In this document: positions 11,259 through 20,638 of the stretch, piece by piece
How positions within the stretch are numbered: the stretch's first letter is position 1
How the letters are laid out: each line of letters starts with the position of its first letter
Origin: Escherichia coli
GTDB lineage: Bacteria > Pseudomonadota > Gammaproteobacteria > Enterobacterales > Enterobacteriaceae
NCBI RefSeq assembly: GCF_003018255.1
Contig: NZ_CP027440.1
Length of the DNA stretch: 64,000 bases
Reading direction: 5' to 3' (one strand)
Translations under genes and position numbers: made by a program
Notes under the pieces: model-generated
The model's input: only the letters and a program-made list of their open reading frames with translations
The model's database searches: none
Told to the model about the DNA's origin: nothing

Positions 11259-11989
11259 TTAAGGCTTGCGAAAATAGTCGTCCATTATTTTCGTCAGCTC
11301 CGGACGTTCCCCGTCATCATTGATGGCAAAATCCAGAAAAAAAGCATCTGCTTGCGGCGTTCGGTTTTGCGCCATCAACCGGAAGGTGAGGGGGCCTGAC
11401 CAGGTTTCGGATGGGCTGATGTGCTTATCAGGGCCGAAACTCTCCCATGCGTTGGGCGGTAATGTTTTGCACGCGGTGAGTTTTGGTATGTGGTATTGCA
11501 GCTCTGTTTTGTGCAGACATTCCCCGCCAGGAAATACCAGGGTTTGTTGCTCATCATTAAAATGGGTTGCCGTGCTGAGCACCAGTGTTTTGAGCGGTCG
11601 CCCTTCCAGCGCGGCGGCAGTAGCCTTATGGTGTCCGTCGAGCAGAACGCAGAGATAGGAATCAGGGAGATACCAGGCCAGAGCGCGGGCGATTCCAGTT
11701 TTCGAGAGCAGACAAAAACCGGGCGGCTCCCTGTTCACCCTCCGCAAAACCGCTGTAGACAAATTCCGCACAGGTAGGGCAACCAGCCTCGGACCAGAAA
11801 CGTATTAACGGGACATCCTTGCCAGCAGAGCGAATGGATAAGACCGTGCGAGTGCGGATCGTAAATCACACATTGACGCAGAAATCCTTTCCCGGACTTC
11901 ACCGAAAAAATGACGCCCGCAGCGGTATTTTTCAGCAGACGTACTTCAGGTTTTCGAAAGGGGAAAAAGCATGGCCACTCCTTAGCCAA
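11259..11989 (-). pseudogene. degenerate, frame-split ORF pair with weak calcineurin-like phosphoesterase resemblance
   Basis: 84 aa and 170 aa ORFs overlap in different frames; motifs DPHSHG, LLDGHH, VFPGGE resemble PrpA/PrpB-type phosphatases but are degraded. Confidence 0.2.
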
Positions 11990-12060
11990 AATTTCAGTTC
12001 CCTGAACTGTGCCAGAAAATTACGCTGGTGACTATTGCTCTGGAAATGGAAACAGTGTCC

Positions 12061-12267
12061 TTACCCATTAATCCCCGTTTGTACCGAAAGAATATGTTGC
12101 AAACTTTCTACCATAATGCGCCCCGACTGAAATAAGCCTTCCTGGATTTCATTGTTAACATTCACAGCGTGAACCAGGGAGGCTAATAACACCACTTGCA
12201 AGAAGGCAAAAATAAACGCACCGATAATCATAATATGCGTCAGGGGGATTTTCCTTTGCTCCTTCAT
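12061..12267 (-). CDS. small single-TM membrane protein (hypothetical)
   Basis: 68 aa, hydrophobic helix IMIIGAFIFAFLQVVLLASLV, start overlaps stop of upstream lipoprotein gene. Confidence 0.4.
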   Translation of the reverse strand: MKEQRKIPLTHIMIIGAFIFAFLQVVLLASLVHAVNVNNEIQEGLFQSGRIMVESLQHILSVQTGING

Positions 12268-12686
12268 TTTAAATAACCCACAAACTGGCCTTCTTTCATT
12301 AAGGCGACTTTTCCTGTGTGATGATAAACAATGACATTATACAGACCCGACTGATAAACCGTGGCATCGGCATTATCTTCATCTATGGCACATAATGAAT
12401 CATTGAGATAAGCAAAATTCTTACTACTCATTCTAAAGGTCATGCCAAATCCTTTATAAATGGCTTTTTTTGCCGCCTGGGCATGTTGTGCGGCTTCTGC
12501 ATTTTTAAATGCCTGCGCTTCAGAAGCACTTAAAATAGCCGTCTGGCGCTGCTGTTCTGCGAGATAACAGGTGTCATGGCTGACGCCCTGCGCCTGACAA
12601 TCTGCGATGCGGGAAGCGGGTGAGCTACAGCCAGCCAGTAATATAACCGCCAGCAGGGAAAAGGATTTAATGGAGCTATTCATCAT
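12264..12686 (-). CDS. lipoprotein (hypothetical)
   Basis: 140 aa, signal peptide with lipobox LLAGC. Confidence 0.6.
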   Translation of the reverse strand: MMNSSIKSFSLLAVILLAGCSSPASRIADCQAQGVSHDTCYLAEQQRQTAILSASEAQAFKNAEAAQHAQAAKKAIYKGFGMTFRMSSKNFAYLNDSLCAIDEDNADATVYQSGLYNVIVYHHTGKVALMKEGQFVGYLK

Positions 12687-12771
12687 TGTTAACCTTAAAT
12701 AATGTGCGAATTAATGAAGAGGTGAAACCCGGCAAGCTTCCTTGCTCTTATTTATATTGAGGATTGAAATA

Positions 12772-13788
12772 TTAGAACGAATATCCTACGCCGACACCTG
12801 CGCCGAAATCAGATTGCGTATCCGCAGAAATACCGGCTTTAAGTACCGTATGCGTTCCGGCATTAAAAGATGTTCCGACAGACACCGCAGATTCACCGTT
12901 GAAGGTTCCCGCTCCCGCTGACACCATCATCACGTCACCGGTTTTAACCTGTGGTTGTGAGGCGATAGCGATGGCAGATGCAGTTCCCGCATTGGCTTCT
13001 TTACGGTTGTCCTCAACTTCGTTTTTCAGCGAACTGTAATGGTTATTGAGCGTGTTAATTTGTTGGCTGTTATCTGCGACCCGTTTTTGCGTGTTGCTTA
13101 ACTGTTGCTGCGTTTGTGCGGAATCTTGTCTCAGACTTTCAATTTGCTCATGTGCCTGGACAGACTTCTGCGCCAGACTTTGCATTTGTTTATCGTATTG
13201 AGCCCTTTCTTTTTGCTGTTGTGCTGCCACATCGGTTGTCAGTGCATTCATTTTCTGCCCTTGTTCCGTGGTAGTGCGCTGATTAGCCTCATTTTGAGCC
13301 GCCAGTCTGGCATTAATCATCTCCTGATAATGCGCAGTATTTTGCGTATCTCCAGTCGCGGCGAGCGTTTTTTGTGTGGCTACGATCTGCGCCTGTTGCT
13401 CTGTAATTTGCGTTTGCTGGGCATCAGTTACCGCAGACTGTCGGGCGTTGATCATGCTCTGATAACGGGCAGGTGTCTGTGTATCACCTGTAGCGGCAAC
13501 GGTTTTTTGTCCTGCGTCAGGATCTGTCTGGACAGTGGGAGTCTGAGTGGTATCAGGTGTTTCAGAAGGGATGTAGTGATGTTCAGTCAAATAGGTATAC
13601 GCAGCGGGGCTGTTGTCTGTGCGTTCTAAAAAGCGGGTAATCTTCTGCTCAATCTCCGATTGCGACATGCCAGAGTTAATGGCTGAAAGCTCTGTTGCCG
13701 CCGCTTCAATGGTATCACCAGCTAAAACAACAGGGCTGGATGTTGCTGAAATTATGAGTGCCAGTAAAGCTACGTTTACAGTTTTCAT
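12772..13788 (-). CDS. short trimeric-autotransporter-like protein (YadA-type C-terminal anchor, coiled-coil stalk)
   Basis: 338 aa; signal peptide; Q/A-rich internal repeats; C-terminus NAGTASAIAIASQPQ...GAGVGVGYSF fits YadA-anchor pattern. Confidence 0.65.
   Translation of the reverse strand: MKTVNVALLALIISATSSPVVLAGDTIEAAATELSAINSGMSQSEIEQKITRFLERTDNSPAAYTYLTEHHYIPSETPDTTQTPTVQTDPDAGQKTVAATGDTQTPARYQSMINARQSAVTDAQQTQITEQQAQIVATQKTLAATGDTQNTAHYQEMINARLAAQNEANQRTTTEQGQKMNALTTDVAAQQQKERAQYDKQMQSLAQKSVQAHEQIESLRQDSAQTQQQLSNTQKRVADNSQQINTLNNHYSSLKNEVEDNRKEANAGTASAIAIASQPQVKTGDVMMVSAGAGTFNGESAVSVGTSFNAGTHTVLKAGISADTQSDFGAGVGVGYSF
13310..13510 (-). repeat. imperfect tandem repeat (~100-120 bp units) inside adhesin-like gene (approximate bounds)
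   Basis: two near-identical DNA blocks encoding ...AATGDTQ(T/N)(P/T)A(R/H)YQ(S/E)MINAR... Confidence 0.4.
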
Positions 13789-14154
13789 TCATTTTCTCTT
13801 GTTCAAAATAAGTCGCATTAATGTTTCTATAAGAAACAAATAATATTATTTTAAGAAATAAACTGCGTTGCAATTTAATCGAAATCTACGCCGCCATTTG
13901 TGTGATGTAAAGCGCATTTTTGTCTGGTGTAAGCGTAAACACCACCAATAAGAAACAAAAAATGTTTCTTATATAAATAAAATCGAAAATCATTTTGTGC
14001 TCTTTCAATGTAAAAAAGAGTAAAGACTTGTTTTGATAAGCGAAATAAATTCTGTTTCTGGACTAAACGTGAAGCGGTTCCTGATGTGTGCTAAAATGCG
14101 TTTCTTTGATAAATCTCAATTTTTAAGAGGTTTACGCCAGGCAGGAAAATTTAA

Positions 14155-14517
14155 ATGAATGAATTTGAGAAGATTTTTAATGAAATGAATCTGGACCGGG
14201 CATTGTTACCGATCCTTTTTCGTTCGAACCGGTCGACAGTGTGGAAGTATTTAAGCGGCGATAGTACGGCTCCTGCCTCTGCCATGTCGCTGATCATGCT
14301 GTTGCAGTTGATCCAGAAACGAAACCCCGATCTGTTAGCCGAATGGTTAACGCTTTCTGATTTCACCATTCCGCCAGAAGTTTACCTGGACCAACCTGAT
14401 TACTGGAAAGGGTGGGTGTATACCCAACACAAGGTCAATAAAAACGTCCTGGAATATCTAAAAAAACACTATCCGGATGAAGACCAAAAAAGTATGGGTA
14501 AAGGCCGGGAAGAGTAA
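14155..14517 (+). CDS. hypothetical protein, divergent from adhesin-like operon
   Basis: 120 aa ORF after AT-rich intergenic region; possible HTH-like segment. Confidence 0.35.
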   Translation: MNEFEKIFNEMNLDRALLPILFRSNRSTVWKYLSGDSTAPASAMSLIMLLQLIQKRNPDLLAEWLTLSDFTIPPEVYLDQPDYWKGWVYTQHKVNKNVLEYLKKHYPDEDQKSMGKGREE

Positions 14518-14539
14518 TTTTGCCTCTACTCGGCTATAT

Positions 14540-14626
14540 GCCGGATGCGGCGCAAGCGCCTTATCTGGCCTACGATTCGGGCATATTTTGTAGGCATGAT
14601 AAGACGCGCCAGCGTCGCATCAGGCG
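14540..14626. repeat. REP/BIME palindromic unit pair
   Basis: gccggatgcggcgcaagcgccttatctggcctac and inverted copy gtaggcatgataagacgcgccagcgtcgcatcaggc. Confidence 0.6.
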
Positions 14627-15078
14627 ATGACCGCACGGATAATCAGCGTTATCCCTTCTATCGCAATCACCTCAACATGCGTACCTGCACTGAGATCCTC
14701 GCTGGCGCTGACAGGCCATGAACTGTCACCGACGCGCATATGACCACGCCCGTTGACCAGCGGAGATTCCAGAACAAAACGTCGGCCAATCAACTGCTGC
14801 CCGCGCTGGTTTAAATGACTGTCGCTGTGCTTTTGTTCGCGCACCCGCCGCGACAACCATTTCCACCACAGCCAGGCGGCGAGCAGCGTCAGGACGGCAA
14901 ACATTACCCCTTGCCACTCCCAACCCAGCGGCAGCAACCAGACCACCAGACCGGTAATCACCGCTGCCACGCCGCTCCACAACAGATAACCATTGCCGCC
15001 CAACATCTCGGCTGCCAGCAGCAAACCGCCGAGACTTAGCCAGAAAATATGTGGATGAACGACCATTAACTCCATCAT
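14620..15078 (-). CDS. ybbJ: NfeD-like membrane protein
   Basis: 152 aa, start overlaps qmcA stop. Confidence 0.85.
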   Translation of the reverse strand: MMELMVVHPHIFWLSLGGLLLAAEMLGGNGYLLWSGVAAVITGLVVWLLPLGWEWQGVMFAVLTLLAAWLWWKWLSRRVREQKHSDSHLNQRGQQLIGRRFVLESPLVNGRGHMRVGDSSWPVSASEDLSAGTHVEVIAIEGITLIIRAVIA

Positions 15079-15992
15079 GGCTGAGTCCGTTTGTTGGCGC
15101 TGTCTTTCACCAGCTCAGCAATCCCGGCAATCGACCCCATCAGGCTGCTGGCCTCTAATGGCATCATCACCACTTTGCTGTTACTGGACGAACCGATCTG
15201 CTGTAACGCTTCGGTGTATTTCTGTGCGACGAAGTAGTTCACCGCCTGAATATCACCGGAGGCAATGGCTTCAGACACCATTTTAGTGGCGCGGGCTTCT
15301 GCTTCAGCGGAACGTTCACGCGCTTCAGCCTGTAAAAACGCCGACTGACGTTCGCCTTCCGCTTTCAGGATTTGCGACTGTTTTTCACCTTCGGCTTTGA
15401 GGATTTCCGCCTGACGGATCCCTTCCGCTTCAAGGATGTAAGCGCGTTTGGTACGTTCCGCTTTCATCTGCGCGTTCATTGAAGAGATAAGCTCTGCCGG
15501 TGGGCGCACGTCGCGAATTTCAATACGGGTGACTTTAATCCCCCACGGGTTGGTGGCCTCATCGACAATACGCAGCAGGCGTGAGTTGATGCTGTCGCGC
15601 TGAGAGAGCATTTCGTCAAGTTCCATTGAACCCAGCACGGTACGGATGTTAGTCATGGTCAGGTTGATGATCGCCAGCTCCAGATTGCTGACTTCATAAG
15701 CCGCGCGCGGCGCGTCAATCACCTGAATAAAGCACACGGCGTCGATGGTAACGTTGGCGTTATCTTTCGAGATAACTTCCTGGGAAGGGATATCGAGCAC
15801 TTGCTCCATCATATTGATCTTGCGACCAATGCGATCCATAAACGGCACCACCAGACTGAGCCCCGGCTGTAACGTTTTGGTATAGCGACCAAAACGTTCT
15901 ACTGTCCACTGATAGCCCTGCGGCACGATTTTGACGCCCGCGCCGACAATGACCAGCGCGACAAAAATGAGAATCGGGATAAAGATAAGCAT
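15075..15992 (-). CDS. qmcA: SPFH/stomatin-family membrane protein
   Basis: 305 aa, N-terminal TM helix plus SPFH domain. Confidence 0.9.
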   Translation of the reverse strand: MLIFIPILIFVALVIVGAGVKIVPQGYQWTVERFGRYTKTLQPGLSLVVPFMDRIGRKINMMEQVLDIPSQEVISKDNANVTIDAVCFIQVIDAPRAAYEVSNLELAIINLTMTNIRTVLGSMELDEMLSQRDSINSRLLRIVDEATNPWGIKVTRIEIRDVRPPAELISSMNAQMKAERTKRAYILEAEGIRQAEILKAEGEKQSQILKAEGERQSAFLQAEARERSAEAEARATKMVSEAIASGDIQAVNYFVAQKYTEALQQIGSSSNSKVVMMPLEASSLMGSIAGIAELVKDSANKRTQP

Positions 15993-16137
15993 CGGAAAAA
16001 CCTCCTGTTGTACCGTCCATAATCAGCAAAATTGCTGCTTGATTAAACAAATTATACCTGATTACTGAAAGAGAGTTCCCCCTTATTCCTGCGAAGGATA
16101 AACTGTTTTTAGTAAAAATCAGAAAAAGGGAACAGTG

Positions 16138-16815
16138 ATGCAGGAAAATAGTCCTTTGCTTCAGCTACAAAACGTAGGATATCTGGCGGGTGATGCGAAG
16201 ATTCTTAATAACATCAATTTTTCGCTGCGTGCTGGCGAATTTAAGTTAATTACCGGTCCTTCTGGTTGTGGCAAAAGTACGCTGCTAAAAATAGTTGCTT
16301 CATTGATCAGCCCAACCAGCGGAACGTTACTGTTTGAAGGTGAGGATGTCAGCACACTAAAGCCAGAAATCTACCGCCAGCAAGTCTCTTATTGCGCCCA
16401 GACGCCGACGCTGTTTGGCGACACGGTATACGATAATCTGATCTTTCCCTGGCAGATCCGTAACCAGCAGCCTGACCCAGCCATTTTTCTCGATTTTCTC
16501 GAACGCTTCGCCTTACCGGACACCATTTTGACGAAGAATATCGCCGAGCTATCTGGTGGTGAAAAACAACGCATCTCATTGATTCGTAACCTGCAATTTA
16601 TGCCGAAGGTTTTATTGCTGGATGAAATAACCAGTGCGCTGGACGAAAGTAATAAACATAACGTTAATGAGATGATCCACCGTTATGTGCGCGAGCAAAA
16701 TATTGCCGTGCTGTGGGTGACACACGATAAAGACGAAATTAATCATGCGGATAAAGTGATTACACTGCAACCGCATGCCGGAGAAATGCAGGAAGCACGC
16801 TATGAACTCGCATAA
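16138..16815 (+). CDS. fetA: ABC transporter ATP-binding protein (iron export)
   Basis: Walker A GPSGCGKST, ABC signature LSGGEKQR; start moved to MQENS. Confidence 0.85.
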   Translation: MQENSPLLQLQNVGYLAGDAKILNNINFSLRAGEFKLITGPSGCGKSTLLKIVASLISPTSGTLLFEGEDVSTLKPEIYRQQVSYCAQTPTLFGDTVYDNLIFPWQIRNQQPDPAIFLDFLERFALPDTILTKNIAELSGGEKQRISLIRNLQFMPKVLLLDEITSALDESNKHNVNEMIHRYVREQNIAVLWVTHDKDEINHADKVITLQPHAGEMQEARYELA

Positions 16816-17581
16816 TATTACTAACGAATCATTAGCACTGGCATTGATGCTGGTGGTGGTGGCAATCTTAATTAGCCATAAAGAAAAACTGGCGCTGGAG
16901 AAAGATATTCTCTGGAGCGTCGGGCGCGCGATAATCCAGCTGATTATTGTCGGCTATGTGCTGAAGTATATTTTCAGCGTGGATGATGCCAGCCTGACAT
17001 TATTGATGGTGTTATTTATCTGCTTTAATGCGGCGTGGAACGCGCAAAAACGCAGTAAATATATTGCTAAAGCTTTTATCTCATCGTTTATTGCCATTAC
17101 GGTCGGGGCGGGAATTACCCTGGCGGTGCTGATTCTCTCAGGGTCGATTGAATTTATCCCGATGCAGGTGATCCCTATCGCCGGGATGATAGCCGGCAAC
17201 GCCATGGTAGCGGTGGGGTTGTGTTACAACAATTTAGGGCAACGGGTCATTAGCGAACAGCAACAGATTCAGGAGAAACTGAGTCTTGGCGCGACGCCGA
17301 AACAGGCTTCAGCGATATTGATTCGCGACAGTATTCGCGCGGCTTTAATTCCGACGGTCGATTCAGCAAAAACGGTAGGCTTAGTGAGTTTACCAGGAAT
17401 GATGTCCGGGCTGATATTTGCCGGGATTGATCCGGTGAAGGCGATTAAATATCAGATTATGGTGACCTTTATGCTGCTCTCAACCGCCAGCTTGTCGACC
17501 ATTATTGCCTGCTATTTAACCTATCGTAAGTTTTACAATTCGCGCCACCAATTGGTGGTGACGCAATTGAAGAAGAAATGA
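16802..17581 (+). CDS. fetB: ABC-type iron export permease
   Basis: polytopic membrane protein overlapping fetA; start moved to MNSHNIT. Confidence 0.8.
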   Translation: MNSHNITNESLALALMLVVVAILISHKEKLALEKDILWSVGRAIIQLIIVGYVLKYIFSVDDASLTLLMVLFICFNAAWNAQKRSKYIAKAFISSFIAITVGAGITLAVLILSGSIEFIPMQVIPIAGMIAGNAMVAVGLCYNNLGQRVISEQQQIQEKLSLGATPKQASAILIRDSIRAALIPTVDSAKTVGLVSLPGMMSGLIFAGIDPVKAIKYQIMVTFMLLSTASLSTIIACYLTYRKFYNSRHQLVVTQLKKK

Positions 17582-17643
17582 TGCGATGCCGGACGCGCAG
17601 CATCGCATCCGGCGTTGTGGTTCATGTGCCGATCAACGGAAAC

Positions 17644-18540
<897 letters not shown>

Positions 18541-18558
18541 TTAAGCGCGCGCTTCAAC

Positions 18559-19368
18559 TCACCCCTGCAATATTTTGTCCATCACGCGCCCCGGCAGCAG
18601 GCGCTTAAGCACCATTACCGCCCAGGTCACCAGCGTTACCGGATAGCGCATCTTCGGCTTCTCGCTAATAAAAGCATGGCGTACTTTGTCCACCACCGCT
18701 TCCGGTCCCAACGTAAAGCGGGCGGCGATGCCGGGATTTTCGACTGGTTTATCACTTTGCGTCTGGTTGACGTTGTCGGTGAAGCGAGTACGAATGGGAC
18801 CGGGTTCGATCAGGCTGACTTTAATTCCACAGTGGCGTAGCTCCATGCGCAGCGCGTCTGACCACGCCTCCAGCGCATATTTACTGGCCGCGTAAGCACC
18901 ACGACCCGGCGTGGAGATTAATCCCATCACCGATGAGGTCATCACAATACGCCCTTCACCGTGCGGTAACATCGCGGGTAACAGGCGCATGGTGAGCTGG
19001 TGTGCGCCGAAAAAGTTGGCGGAAAACTGCTGTTCCATCTGCGCACGGCTGATGGTGGAAAGGGGGCCATACATGCCGAATCCGGCATTGTTAAAGATCC
19101 CATACAGACAATTATCGGTCAGGGCGATCACCTCGTTGGCTGCGCGATCAACACTTTCTGGTGAATCCAGATCGATCAACACGCCGGTAAATCCCATGCT
19201 GTTCATGCGCTCAACATCATCCGGTTTCCGGCAACCTGCCAGCACATGAAAACCCTGGCGTTTTAATTCGAGCGCGCTTTCCAGGCCAATTCCACTGGAA
19301 CATCCGGTAATTAAGACCGATTTTTGCATAACTTTACCTGTCAGGATCTCCGTTGCTTTATGAGTCAT
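18559..19368 (-). CDS. ybbO: short-chain dehydrogenase/reductase
   Basis: 269 aa, Rossmann motif TGCSSGIG, YAASK catalytic motif. Confidence 0.85.
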   Translation of the reverse strand: MTHKATEILTGKVMQKSVLITGCSSGIGLESALELKRQGFHVLAGCRKPDDVERMNSMGFTGVLIDLDSPESVDRAANEVIALTDNCLYGIFNNAGFGMYGPLSTISRAQMEQQFSANFFGAHQLTMRLLPAMLPHGEGRIVMTSSVMGLISTPGRGAYAASKYALEAWSDALRMELRHCGIKVSLIEPGPIRTRFTDNVNQTQSDKPVENPGIAARFTLGPEAVVDKVRHAFISEKPKMRYPVTLVTWAVMVLKRLLPGRVMDKILQG

Positions 19369-19984
19369 GATTTACTAAAGGCTGCAACTGCTTCGCCATC
19401 CAGTCGGCAATAAACGGCTGGGCGTCGCGGTTGGGATGAATACCGTCATCCTGCATCCATTGTGGTTTGAGGTAGACCTCTTCCATAAAAAAGGGCAGCA
19501 GCGGAACATCAAACTCTTTGGCGAGTTTGGGGTAAATGGCGCTAAAGGCTTCATTATAACGGCGACCATAGTTTGCAGGCAGACGTATTTGCATTAACAA
19601 TGGTTCAGCGTTGGCGGCTTTGACATCCTGCAATATCTGGCGCAGCGTTTGCTCGGTTTGTTGTGGCTGAAAACCACGCAAACCGTCATTGCCGCCCAGT
19701 TCTACCAGCACCCAGCGCGGCTGATGCTGTTTCAGCAGAGCCGGAAGGCGCGCCAGCCCTTGTTGCGAGGTGTCGCCGCTGATGCTGGCATTGACTACCG
19801 ACGTTTTACTCTGCCACTTATCGTTCAACAAGGCAGGCCAGGCCGCGCTGGCAGACATTCGATACCCGGCGCTCAGGCTATCACCCAGAATCAATAACGT
19901 GTCCGCTGCGGCGGCACGGAAGGTTAACAGGACCAGGAACAGGAAGGGCAAATGCCAGCGGAAAACATTGTTGAAGTTCATCAT
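19358..19984 (-). CDS. tesA: acyl-CoA thioesterase I / lysophospholipase L1 (SGNH hydrolase)
   Basis: signal peptide, GDSLS motif; start moved to MMNFNN. Confidence 0.9.
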   Translation of the reverse strand: MMNFNNVFRWHLPFLFLVLLTFRAAAADTLLILGDSLSAGYRMSASAAWPALLNDKWQSKTSVVNASISGDTSQQGLARLPALLKQHQPRWVLVELGGNDGLRGFQPQQTEQTLRQILQDVKAANAEPLLMQIRLPANYGRRYNEAFSAIYPKLAKEFDVPLLPFFMEEVYLKPQWMQDDGIHPNRDAQPFIADWMAKQLQPLVNHDS

Positions 19985-20638
19985 CTTAAGAAGTCCGTCG
20001 GTCAGGGGGAGCATGAACTCTCCATCCTCACCGGAGTTGAGCTGGTTGTCAAACGTGGCGAGACCATCGCACTGGTGGGCGAGTCGGGATCGGGTAAGTC
20101 AACTTTGCTGGCGATCCTCGCCGGGCTGGATGACGGCAGCAGTGGCGAAGTGAGTCTGGTGGGACAACCGCTACATAATATGGACGAAGAAGCGCGGGCA
20201 AAGTTGCGCGCGAAGCACGTCGGCTTTGTTTTTCAGTCATTTATGTTAATTCCTACCCTTAACGCGCTGGAAAACGTCGAGCTTCCGGCGCTGCTGCGCG
20301 GTGAGAGTAGCGCGGAAAGTCGTAACGGGGCGAAAGCGTTGCTCGAACAGTTAGGGCTGGGTAAACGTCTGGATCATCTTCCGGCACAGCTTTCCGGCGG
20401 TGAACAGCAACGAGTGGCGCTGGCACGAGCCTTTAACGGTCGACCTGATGTGCTGTTTGCCGACGAACCCACCGGCAATCTTGACCGACAGACGGGCGAT
20501 AAAATTGCCGACCTGCTATTTTCCCTCAACCGTGAGCATGGCACCACGTTGATTATGGTGACCCACGACCTGCAACTGGCGGCACGCTGCGACCGCTGCT
20601 TACGGCTGGTGAACGGGCAATTGCAGGAGGAAGCATGA
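19952..20638 (+). CDS. ybbA: ABC transporter ATP-binding protein
   Basis: Walker A GESGSGKST, LSGGEQQR, divergent from tesA. Confidence 0.85.
   Translation: MPAENIVEVHHLKKSVGQGEHELSILTGVELVVKRGETIALVGESGSGKSTLLAILAGLDDGSSGEVSLVGQPLHNMDEEARAKLRAKHVGFVFQSFMLIPTLNALENVELPALLRGESSAESRNGAKALLEQLGLGKRLDHLPAQLSGGEQQRVALARAFNGRPDVLFADEPTGNLDRQTGDKIADLLFSLNREHGTTLIMVTHDLQLAARCDRCLRLVNGQLQEEA

Noticed and set aside
11320-11658. 112-aa plus-strand ORF inside the phosphatase-like remnant
   Set aside because: Cys-rich composition with no motifs; overlaps a decayed gene on the opposite strand.
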